NCBI GenBank assembly: GCA_000388065.2
Contig: KB932202.1
Length of the DNA: 39,952 nucleotides
Origin: Fonticula alba ATCC 38817
Taxonomy: Eukaryota > Protista > Nucleariida
Direction: 5' to 3' (one strand)
The notes under the pieces were generated by a model that saw only the letters and a program-made list of their open reading frames with translations, made no database searches and was not told the origin of the DNA. This document shows positions 1-10,884 of the stretch, piece after piece. The stretch's first letter is position 1. Every line of letters starts with the position of its first letter. A program made the translations under genes and the position numbers.

Positions 1-213
1 GGGGGGGGGGGGGGGGGGGGGGGAAGACAAAGGACGATGGTAAGAATGGGAAAGGAGAAGACAGAGGAAGAAGGGAGGAGGCAGCCGGGGCAAGGAGAGA
101 CACAGAAAGGAAGAAGAAGAGAAACAGAGAGAGAAAGAGGAGCGAGAGCAGAGGCTCTAAGGCCCAGCCCTCGGCCCCTTCCACATGGAAGGGCGCCACA
201 CAAAGCGACGCAC

Positions 214-3200
214 CGGCAATGCCCGGGCTGAAATCCACATCCACCTCCTGATAGTCGGTGGACAGGGAGTTCAGCGAAACCGAGAGGCCGGTCGCGTCGG
301 ACGCCGGGGCTGGCGGCACCGCCCGCGAAAGCGACATACCAGCACCATCAGCTGCCAGGAGCTCCGGCAGCAGCACGCCAGTCACCGGACCGGAGCCCGG
401 GGCGTGAACCGGAGGATGATACAGGCCGAAGGAGCTCTCCAGGTCCGGGGAGCCCATGCCCGCGCCATGGTGGTAGTGATGCCCATGCTGCCGATCGGGG
501 CCATGCTCGTCATCCGAATCTTCGCCCTCCGAATCGTCGAAGGTGCCGGGGTCGGCCTTGGCCAGGGCGCGCGCGGCGCGCAACTCCATGGCCATGGCAT
601 CATGGCTGCTGGCCGAGGCGGCCGTGTGCGTGTCCCACAGGCCGACGCGCTGCATGACGCTGCGCTGGGAGAAGGAAAACACCAGGATGGCCAGCTCGCT
701 GATGATGTGCGGCGAGAAGAGCGACGAACAGTACTTCTGCAGGCCCAGCACAACAAACCACGGGTACTGGAAGTCATCCGGCAGGGCCGCAGCCTCGCAG
801 TCCACAACATTGATGTCCCAGCCCATCGGGAATTGGGCGATGTACTTGGCCAGGATGACCGCCTCCGTGTAGTAGATGATGAAGCGCCAAATGTGCTGCG
901 GGCGAATGGGCGACAGAGCTGGCACATGGACGCCAAACAGCAGGACCACCACCGCCGGGATGGTGGACAGGATGGACGCATTGAGCACCTGGTTGAGGAA
1001 GATGAAGAAGTACACCAGCAGATGCACATGCGCCACCAGGCACAGGGTCACCCCCTGGAGGATGAGCCACACCCGGGTGGCCACCGATCGGGTCTTCTGC
1101 AGCTCCACCCGCAGGCTGGCCACGGTCGGCAGCTGCTCCAGCTCGCAGTAATCCGCGCAACCGGCATACAGCAGGAAAATCAGGGCATCCATGGCCCGGT
1201 TGTACCAGGGCTGCTGCGCGGTCGGATGCGGCAGGCCAGCCTCGGCCAGGGCCTGGGACAGGTCATTCGCCGAGGAGGCAGCCCCCCCAGCCGGCAGGGC
1301 GGATGAGCCGGGCTCCCCGGCCTCGCTGCTGGGGGGATGGATCACACGACCGGTTTCCGACTCGAACATCAGCGACACATCGGCCTGAACCGCCCCGGCG
1401 GGGAGGGGATCCCCCCCGGTGCCGGCGTCCAGCCCCACGGCACTGACACTCGGCGAGGGCGGCCCATCCAGCAACGCCGCACTGGCCATGTGTCGAGCGT
1501 GCGACTGCGACACATGCTCCAGCCCCGGGGACCCGGGGAAGGTCATGCTGCTGGAGGTCCCGGCGCCCGGGGTGGCGGCGGCGGTGCCGGTGCCGGTGCC
1601 GGTATTCGTGGTCGAGGCTGACAAGTCCAAAAGCGACTCCGAGGCAAAGAAGACCGACGGATCGCCACTGGCGGCCGTCTGCTCGATGGTCAGCTCCGGC
1701 AGGTCACGCCGGCCACGGAAGGTGACACCAGCCCAGCGAGCGTAGAACTTCTTCGACATGGACTGGTACTTCTTCTCGGAGCGCGCGAAGTTGTCGTTGA
1801 TCTCCTTGTTCCGGCGCTCCCGGTCGGCGCGCTGCTTCTCCTGGTACCGGACCTGCTGCTCGACGGCTTGCAGATCCTCCTTGACCAGATAGGCGCGGAG
1901 GAATTCGAAGCGCGTGGAATCGAAGATCATCTGCTGGATGAGCATGGCCAGGAAGACAAAGAGGTTGAGAATGCGCGCATTGGAGAAGGCCAGGCTCACT
2001 TGCTCCGAGCTGGCCGGAAGCAGCCCACCCAGCAGGGTGCTGGTCAGCAACCCGGCCAGGCTGCCCTCCCCCGGGGGAGGGGTCACATCCATCGGGTTGA
2101 GGGTCAGCTTGGAGAAGCCGATGATGGACATGATGTTTTGGATGTTGGCCGGCAGCTCCACGATGTAGGCCGGCAGCTGGCAGGCGATCAGCACGAAGAA
2201 CCAGAAGTAATTATACAGCCGGTAATAGCGCCACGCCCGGCGCCGGAGGGCCTCATTCTTGATGACATTCTCCCCGATGGACAGGAAGTACAGGGAGAAA
2301 ACCAGATAGATGAAGGACAGCAGGCTGACCACGGACGTGCCACACGTGAAGGTCAAGATGATGACCAGCCGGTAGAAGTACCGGTACGCCAGCAGGCGCA
2401 TCTCATTGAAGATGGTCCGCGGGGTGACGGTGAAGTCGTCCTCCACCGAGCACGGGTGCGACATGTCCGCACCCAGGGGCAAATCCAGCGACAGGAGCAG
2501 CATATTCTGGTCCGACGAGTCGTGATAGTCATCGTAGTCGTAGAAGTCCTCCAGGTAGACCATGTTGGCCGGGTCGGTGCTGGCCCCGGCCGGGGCCACA
2601 AGCCCGGCACCACGCAGCCAGGACTCCGGCATGCCCACAGCCGCCAGCGACTGACCAATCCAGCCGGTTGGCTGTGCCGGGCCCGGGACATGGTGCTCCC
2701 GAGCCGCGGTCGCCAAGGCGGCCGCCTGGTCGGCCGTCAGCAGAAGCGGCTGCGAGGGGTCACCCTCCCCGGCCAGGTCGACAGCCATCTCCGGGGACAT
2801 GTCCCCGGCATCGGTGTACGGCGAGTTGACCGACACCGGGGCGGTGTCCTCCGAGGCGGCCATCTTGCCATCCAGCGGCCCAACACGCGGCGAGGTACTC
2901 ACCCGGGCCGCGGCTTCCTGGATGTCCTGCTCGAAGCGGTCCTGCTCGGCATACCGGCGCAACACGCCGGACACAATCCCCGCGCACAGGAGGAGGAGGA
3001 AGTCCGCCGACAGAAGCCGCACGCCCACCTTCTCCGGGGCCAGGCCCAGGGCAAAGCGCAGCCCCTCATCCAGGGACTCCCACGGGAAGGCAGGCCAGTC
3101 AGGCGCCGGGCCGAGGGCCACAAAGTACTGCCAGGCGATCAGGATCACGGTCACCAGGCGCAGCAGGGTCCAGGCCCAGCGCCGGGCCCGGCCACCGCGT

Positions 3201-5800
3201 CGCAGCGACCCGCTGCCCACAATCAGATGCACACCGAGGATGGTCAGGTAGATGAGCCCGATGAGGTTCAGGTGCACGAGGGCCGCCACCAGATGCAGGA
3301 TCAGGGTCAGCTCAAAGCCAAAGTGCGCGAAGGGCCAGGCCAGGAAGCTCAACAGCCGCGAGGCCACCAGCGGCCAGGTGCGCGAGGGAAGGGCATCCTC
3401 GGCATCGGGGCTGGCCCGGGGGGCCGGCTTGCCGGTGGCCATGCTGCTCGGGGCCATGCCCACATCCAGCCCCGGGACATTGGGGGATCCCGCGCCGATG
3501 GTTGACAGAGATTGGTCCAACTCGTCGGCCAGCAAGTCCGGGTCATGCTCCGCCTCGTGCAGGGCCGGCAGCAGGTCCGCCGGGAGGGCGGTCATCGCTG
3601 CCATCGCCACCGAGGCGGTCGCATCGGCCGATGGAGAGTCGAGGCTCATGCCAGACTTGCCGGCGGACTTGGACCCCGAGTCGGCGGTCACCGCGCTGTC
3701 CACCAAATCGGCCAGTTCGCGGAAGTCCGGGAAGTAGAGCCCGGCCCGGGGAACCGGCAGCAGGGCAATCTCCATGTCGGGGTTGTACTTGAAGCGCGAC
3801 CGGTTGAGGGTGGCATGCAGGGAGGCGAACACCTGCCGCGCCCGGGGCCCGGTCATGCCGGGCATGTGCAGAATGCGCGTGTAGACAAAGAGGGCCCGGG
3901 CCGCGCGGCGATCCTTCCAGTCGGCATAGGCGAAGCGCTTGCGCCACTTGTCGGCCACCGGGGCAAAGACAATCAGCAGCATGCCGAGGATCTCGCAAAT
4001 CATGAACCGGGCCGGGGCCGCATCCGCCAGCGGACCATCCTGCCCCGGAGGCGGCAGGGTCCGGAAGCCCACATACTCGATGAGAGACATGTCGGCCGGC
4101 AGGTCGCCCTGAACCGAGCGCAGCTGGAAGAGCATGCGCGACAGGACCAACAACGACAGGTAGATGAAGGCCGGGAAGCGGAAGAAGCGCTGCCAGCGCC
4201 GGCTGACGGCGAACACCAACGCCAGGGCCAGGGTGATGAAGTCCAGCACCGACAGCTGCGACAGGTTGGGCGCCGTGGTGGAGAAGAACAACATCAGGGC
4301 AATCAACCGCGGGGACACCTGCGTGAAGATGCGCTGCAGAATGCGCACCGACGACAGCAGGTAGTACGTGAAGCGATGGGAGCCCCCGGAGGAGGACTGC
4401 TTGCCGAAGCCGGCTGACGCCCCGGCGCCGGAGTCCGACGTGGAAGAAGCGTCGGCCGCCGGACCGCCGGACCCATGGGCAGACTCCACCCCAGGGGACA
4501 GGCTGCCGGCGCCGCCGGCGCCGCCGCCCACGGAGCCGGACTCCTGGCCAAGGCTCGTGGCAATGGTGGCCGCACGAGCGCGCGAGGAGCTCACTCCATA
4601 CCGCCCGGCCGAGGCGTACCCGACAAATTGCCCGGGCGTGCCGGCCGCCACCGCGTGCGCGAGAGAGGCATCGACATCCGGCAGCGGCCCGAGCCCGGGC
4701 GAGGTGCCGGCAGATCCGGGCGTGGCCGACCCGGCGCCGGCCGTGGCCTCCTTGAAGACGGTCGACTGGTCGCCCGTGCGGAAGAGCCCGCCACTGGACA
4801 CATACATGGCCACCTGGGACATGGTCAACAGCAGGATGGCCAGATGGTGAAGCAGGTAGAGGAACAGCTCGGCCGAGAGCTTGGCATGCAGGCCGATGTC
4901 CAGCAGGAGCTCCGGCGCGAAGACCTCCTGGGCCCACTCCTGCACGATCGGGAACTGGTACAGGTAGCAAAGGAAGAGATTGAACATGGCCAACACCACG
5001 GGCAGCAGCCAGAGGACCTTGAACACCGGGCGCCGGCTGAGCCCGAAGAAGGCCAACGAGGTGCACAGGTAGAAGACAATCAGGTAGCCGAGATCCATCA
5101 GGCTGGCCGAGGGCCGCGAGCTGAGGGAGCTCACCAGGAAGAGGACATAGCACACGAGGCGCATGCGGCGACGGGTGACCGACTGGGCCATGCGCCACAG
5201 GAGGTTCACCTCGGCCAGGAAGGCATACTGCCAGCAGGACTTCCGCGGGGCGTCGGCCGGCTTGTCGGCCGCCGGCGGCAGCGTCGCCGGGAAGAACGCC
5301 CGCCAGTCCGGCTGCGGGGAGTTGCTCACATACCCGAAGGTGGTCTGCTGCAGCCAACAAATGGCCTGAATGCCAATGTGCAGGCCGAGCCCAACCCACA
5401 GATCTCCGTGGTAATCCTCAAACCCGAGGATGATCACCCAGGCCGGGGGCTGGCCGGTGACCGGGTCCAGCGGGACAAACGCGTCCTTCCAGCTGAACTG
5501 CCACAGATATTGGGCACTCGACACGATGGCCGTATACAGCACCAGCAGGGTCCAGTACCGAACGGCCAGGTCCTTGCGCGACAGGAAGGCCAGGAAGAAG
5601 ACCAGGAAGATGGAGTTGAAGACGTTGACCTTCATCAGACTGCACATGTAAATGACGAAGAGGGTGGGAATGTACAGGTTCTCGATGAACATGCGCAGCA
5701 GGAGGCTTGGAGAGGGGGGGGGGAGGGGGGGGAAGCGCGCGATCGCGAGATACAAATGTCAGCGACACATGGACAGCAACCGAGGAAGGCCGGCCAATCT

Positions 5801-5837
<37 letters not shown>

Positions 5838-8677
5838 AGAGAGGAGGGAGGGCAACAGTGTGAACATACCGGAAGCAAACGCCCATGAAGAGGAAGACAC
5901 CGCGCATGCCGCCAAGCTTCTCCGGGGGGAAGGTGCGCTGAGGCGGCGGGGTGAAGGGGGTGGCCACGGCGACGGCCGAGGGCAGGGCCAATGAAGGCGC
6001 GGTAGAGGGGCCTCCTGACGCCCGAGTCGTGAGGGACAGCTCCGACATGAAGTCAAACTCCATGTACGGGTCGGAAAGGGTGGCCAGTAGCGGCTGATCC
6101 GGAGCCGAGGGGCCATCGAGGGTGTTGCTCCGAGTGCGCGGCGGGGAGGCCGGCGGGGAGATGTACTCGGCCAGGTCATCGGGAATGCCGGCCCCGGCCG
6201 AGGGGTCCCGGTCGGTGGCCAAAGAGGAGACAACCGACGGCAGGCCATGCTGAAGGAGCAGCTCCGTGCGCATGTCCATCAGGGCCAGGCGCCCGTCATA
6301 CCCAGCCAGGCAGGGCGAATGGTCCAGGGACAAGAGGTGCGCCGAGGTGGTGGGGCAGCTGGCCGAGGTGGACCCACCGGTCGGCACCAGCGCCTGGAGG
6401 CCATACCGGCGCCAGGGGAACAGCAATACACAGGCAAGGGCCAGCAGGAGCAGCTGCGGGCCGAGCACGGCGATCGGCACATCAAACAGGTCCAGGCCGA
6501 ATTCCGGCAGCGAGGGGAGGGGCAAGCCGCGGATGTTGAAGAGGAAGATGGTCAGCAGGTGGGCCACCTCCGCCAGGAGCAGGAGCCGGCGCGACCGCAG
6601 CACAAAGAGCAGTTGACTCGGGGCCGAGCGGCAAAGCATGGCCGCCAGAGCCCACAGGAGGAAGCCCAAGTTGATGTATGTCGGGAAGGACACCACCCAC
6701 ACCAGCAGGACCAGCGGCGTCAGGAGGGCCAAATGCCGGAGGACCATCTGCCCAAGGGACTGGGTCTGGTTGTAGCCGAGCATGTCCGCCGCTGCCAGGG
6801 ACCCGCTGGGGCTGATGGCGAGGGAGGTGGCGCCCAGATCCGGGGCACTGGTGGCGGCCGAGACACCGGCGGAAGCGCCGACGCCGGCCCCGGGGCCCGA
6901 CACACGCGGGTCGTAAATCGACGCGGCCGAGGGCGAGCTAATGGACGCCCGGGGGAGGAAGGGCCCGGGGGCGGCATCACCGGATGCGGGGGCCAGCCGG
7001 ACGGACGACTGGTGGAAGGACTGCGACCGGGGGCGCGGCGAGGCAACACCAGCAGCAGTGGCAGCAAGCTCGCCCGGGGGTGGGCCGGAATCCGAGGCAG
7101 ACCCCCGGCCATTGGGAGAGCCAAAATCATTGGCCATGGCGAAGCGCCGGAAGGGGATGCTTTCGCGGATGCCATAGCGCGAGAACAACAGGGACTTGAT
7201 GCGCAGATGCCGGCGCATGGCCAGCACCGAGACGATCAGGACCACCTGGGCCAGGTACGCCGTCCAGGGGGTCGACCCGCCGTTGAAGAGCTGCACCAGG
7301 CCAAAGAGATCCGCCACCAGGGTCGGGAAGTTCTCATGGACCGGGGTCAACTGGTAGATGTAGGACAGGATGGTATGACAGCCGAGCACCAAGAGCAGGA
7401 CCATCTTCACCATGCTGGCCAGGCGGAAGCGCACCGGCACCAGCAGGGTCCAGCAAAGCACCGCCCCCAGGGCCCAGGTAAAGTACAACAGCGACACGAT
7501 GGAGGGCAAAGCCATGGCCAGGGTCCCCAGCAGGCAGAAGGTGGCCAGCAGGTAGGCCGATGACAGGCCCCGAAGGAATTGGCGCTTGCGCAGGTCGGCC
7601 GCCTTGGCCGGCGACAGGGGCCGGAGGGAGGGGTCGCGAGCGGCCAGGCGCTGGGCGATGGCCAGCTCGGCGATCCGGCGCGATGCACGAAGGGCATGCT
7701 CGGTGGCCTGGTCCTCGGGCAGCAGGAGGAATTGGAAGCGCGACATGCGCTGCGGGGGGGTCCGCCGGCGGAAGACCCGACGATACCAGCAGAAGCCGCT
7801 GATGATGAGAACCAGCGGGTCGGGCAGCAGCAGGCGCACGGCATCCGACGCGGAGCCGATGCGCGACAGACCGAAGAACACCAGCCACTCATAGGCCGCC
7901 GAGTCCGGCGGCCAGAGGGTCAGCGGGGCCAGCAGGTAGATCAGCTGGAAGATCAAGTGCAGCAGGACGAAGACCGAGCTGAGAGCAATGGTGAAGATGA
8001 CAAGACCCTTCTGCCGCCGTGGGGGCAGGGCAAACAGATGGACGAAGAGGATCAGCAGGTAGCTGAGTGACATGATGCTGTATCGGAGGAAGACGGCTGC
8101 CGGACGTGGGGAACCGGGTGTCAAAGAACCGCATGGGTGGATGTGGGCAGGGCGGAGCGGGGGCGGAGTGGGGGCGGAGCGGGGGTGGAGCGGGGGCGGA
8201 GCGGGGGCGGAGCGGGGGCGGAGCGGGGGCGGAGCGGGGGTGGAACAGGGACGGGGCAAGCACGCGTGGCCCGGTCCCTCGGGATGTGGAGGGAGGGGGG
8301 GGGGAGGCACGGACGGGGGCAGTTGACGCACCAATACACATGGAAATCTGCCAAGTCCACTCGAGGGCAGTTTGCTGGCGGTGACGCCGGCGACGCAGCT
8401 CGGCCCGGGCTTGGGACATCGCCTCCTCGGAGGGGACAATGGCCGCCGGGGGATCCGGGCTGGCCGAGGCCTTGGCCGACTCGATGGCCGGGCTCGAGTC
8501 AGCGGCACCGGGGCCGGTGGTGTTGGTGCGCCGGCGCAGTTCCGGGCCATCGGGCATGCTGCTGGAGGCGAAATCCGGCGAGGCGCCAGTATCAGATGGC
8601 TGGCTGCTCGGCGAGGTGGTCACATCGCCGGAGGCCGGGGACAGGAGTCCCCCGGTCGAGAGGGGGCCATCGGCCAT
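214..8677 (-). CDS. PIEZO: Piezo-type mechanosensitive ion channel, 3'-truncated by the window edge. Exons 8677-8332, 8096-5870, 5705-214, then an intron running off the left edge.
   Basis: Spliced translation gives WQISMCIAVFLRYSIMSLSYLLILF (Piezo TM1-2 like), RYFYRLVIILTFTCGTSVVSLLSFIYLVFSLYFL, a beam-like FVFLAMLIQQMIFDS...EKQRADRERRNKE, and LVYFFIFLNQVLNASILSTIPAVVVLLF...IIYYTEAVILAKYIAQF...QRVGLWD, which resemble human PIEZO1 repeats. GT-AG introns at 8331-8097, 5869-5706 and from 213 have matching phases. The start ATG at 8677 is the first ATG after an in-frame TAG and is less certain. I spot-checked the long exon rather than reading every codon. Confidence 0.93.
8151..8250. repeat. Intronic 11-bp G-rich minisatellite (GGCGGAGCGGG) x ~9
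   Basis: Read directly inside Piezo intron 1; a few units vary (GGTGG, GAGTG). Confidence 0.9.
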
Positions 8678-9837
8678 TGGTGACTCGGGGGAGGACGCCA
8701 CCGCGAGGGCCAGCGGGTCTTCGGAGTCCGGGAAGATGCGGGCGATTTTGCGAGCTGTCTAGCAGTCTCCGTCCGCCGATACGGGGTCCGGGGACGGGGC
8801 TTCGACGGGCGGGGGGGGGGGAGATGAGCCGGGGCGGGGAAATCATGGCCATGGACGGAGGCGAGGCCGGGTCAGTCGCCGCCAGGAGGGGCGCGGGGGG
8901 AGCGGGGAAAGGAGAGCGGCTCAACGCAGACCGACGCACAATGAGTATCGCGAGGACCACCAAAGAGGGGAAAGAAGGGGAAATCAGACAGCGAGAAGGA
9001 GGGACAAGTGGGGCGACAGGGGAGGGGAGAGCGATGGGTAGATAGATGGAGAAAGACAAGGAGGAACAGTGTCCGGGCCCGACGCCCACCAGAGCGCCCC
9101 GGGGAGCCGGCACTTCAACGAGACATGTTCCAGGTGGAGGCGGAGACGACCCACCAAAACATCGTCTGACGAGTTACCTTCAGGTCCCTGGCCAGTCCAC
9201 ACCTGAGCGGGGACAGGGGGGGGGGGCGAGAGACAACTTTCGTCCTGGGCTGGACCCCCCGCCCCCCCCTCCCGATGCCTTCCCCACCATCCCGCCCCGT
9301 GGTCGGTTCAGATGCCCCGACATCGGCGCAAGGGCCTTTTGGGCGGGTGGGTGAACCGGTGTTTGACGGACATATCCCCGGATAATGCGGCCTTTAAAAA
9401 GTGCCGGGCTTTTCCCGGGTCTTGCGTCGTTTGTTCCAGTCAACCGGCCCCTCCCCCACCGGCGACCACCCGCTCGGTGTTCGTCGGCCCCCCAACAATA
9501 ACAATGGCCCCCGGGGATTTTTCTTCTGAAAATACGGCCATATGCTGATGCGTGGACTGATGAGATCCCTCCCCTCCTGCCCGGCCGGCGTGGCCAAGAT
9601 CGCCGCCCCCCCTCCCCTCGACCAACCCTCGCGCCTCATTCGCCAGGGCTCGCCCCGGGCCTCTGTCCCCCCCCCCCCCCCCCCCCCCCCGCGCGCGCTG
9701 GGGTCTGTCCCCTCCCGCCACCCATGCAGCCTTTCCTTCGACTCATGTTCGCCCTCTTTGTCCGCGGCCGTCTCAGTTGGTTGGCCCGGGGGGTGGGCTT
9801 CCGGGCAACCAGGCACCCCCACCACGCACACACCCCC

Positions 9838-10262
9838 GTGCGTGTGTCTTTGTATATGCGCGCCCCTCGCGCCCTTGGGGAGACGCACTCCCCGAGGGCC
9901 AGGCCGGGGGGGCGGGGGGGGGCGTGTGTTATTGTTTCCCGGCCCCCTGGCCGCCGGCAAGCGCCCGGGGCGGCTGCCCCAGGTGAGTTGCCGCATGAGT
10001 GGGTTCGTCGGGCGCCCTCTTGCACCCCGTGGAAAAACAACAGCCCTGTTCTGGGGGCCCCGCTCCCCCCCCCCCCCCCCGCCCCGCCCCGCGCGCGCAC
10101 GCGTCTGGCCCCGACTGCGCCTGCCCATGAGTCCGGGTTGGGGCGCTGCCAACGGACACATTTGCTGAGCCTGGGGCGACCGCCGGGCCCCCTACACAGG
10201 CAGACCACGCACGCACGCGCACCACACACACACGCGTGTGCGTGTGTCTTTGTATATGCGCG
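9838..10262 (+). repeat. 25-bp direct repeat GTGCGTGTGTCTTTGTATATGCGCG at 9838-9862 and 10238-10262
   Basis: Two identical copies 400 bp apart in the divergent Piezo/BPNT1 intergenic region. Confidence 0.9.
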
Positions 10263-10884
10263 TGTGGCGCGCCCTGGCGCGGTGCGACTCTGCCGGCGCG
10301 GGGCGCCAACCCTGCCCCAGGAGCGCAGCACAGCCCGGTGACCAATGTATATCACCTGCTCCGCGGTCAGATGCCCTCCATTCCCCGAGCCGGGGAGCGC
10401 CCGATCTCCGCCCCGGCCGGCAGGCCAACCTGAGCCGAAAGAACCACAGCCGCCGGAGGCCGGCGAAGTTGGACCTGGTGCCCCACCTATTTGTATGGGC
10501 GAAGGTCGGCAAGGGGGCCGGGGCCTTCCTTTCGCTGCTCCTGTGCCCCCTTCCACGATAGTCTGACCATCGGGCTCGGGGGGGGGGGGGGGGACCGGCC
10601 AAGATCGCCGCTTTATGAGGCCGGATTGCGCCGGGAGGCGCGGCCCCTCTCGCCCGGAGAGGACATCGACGCCGGTTTCATCCATCTTCCTTTCCTGTGC
10701 CCGCTGCCTCCGCTTCCCTGCCTCTCTTCAAGACGCTCCCCCCATCCCCCGTCCCCTCCCTTCCCCCCGCCCCGGCCGTCGGATGCTCGCCCACCTGGCG
10801 AGGCGACTCTCCTCCCCCCTTCCGACCCTCCGCTGCGCCGGTCCTGCCACCGCGATCCCCACGGTCGCCGCTCGCTCTCCCTTG

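Noticed and set aside
185-5863. Long plus-strand ORFs (373, 545, 301, 462 aa and others) over the Piezo gene
   Set aside because: Antisense shadows of a GC-rich coding exon; no recognisable domains. The same applies to plus-strand ORFs across 32958-39409.
9333-9360. GGCCTTTTGG (U2 snRNA-like) and GGGTGAACCGG (SRP RNA-like) words
   Set aside because: The adjacent conserved sequences (U2 branch-pairing region, SRP helix 8) are absent.
9557-9564. CTGATGAG hammerhead-ribozyme core (also at 24632-24639)
   Set aside because: No stem II followed by GAAA and no closing stems visible.
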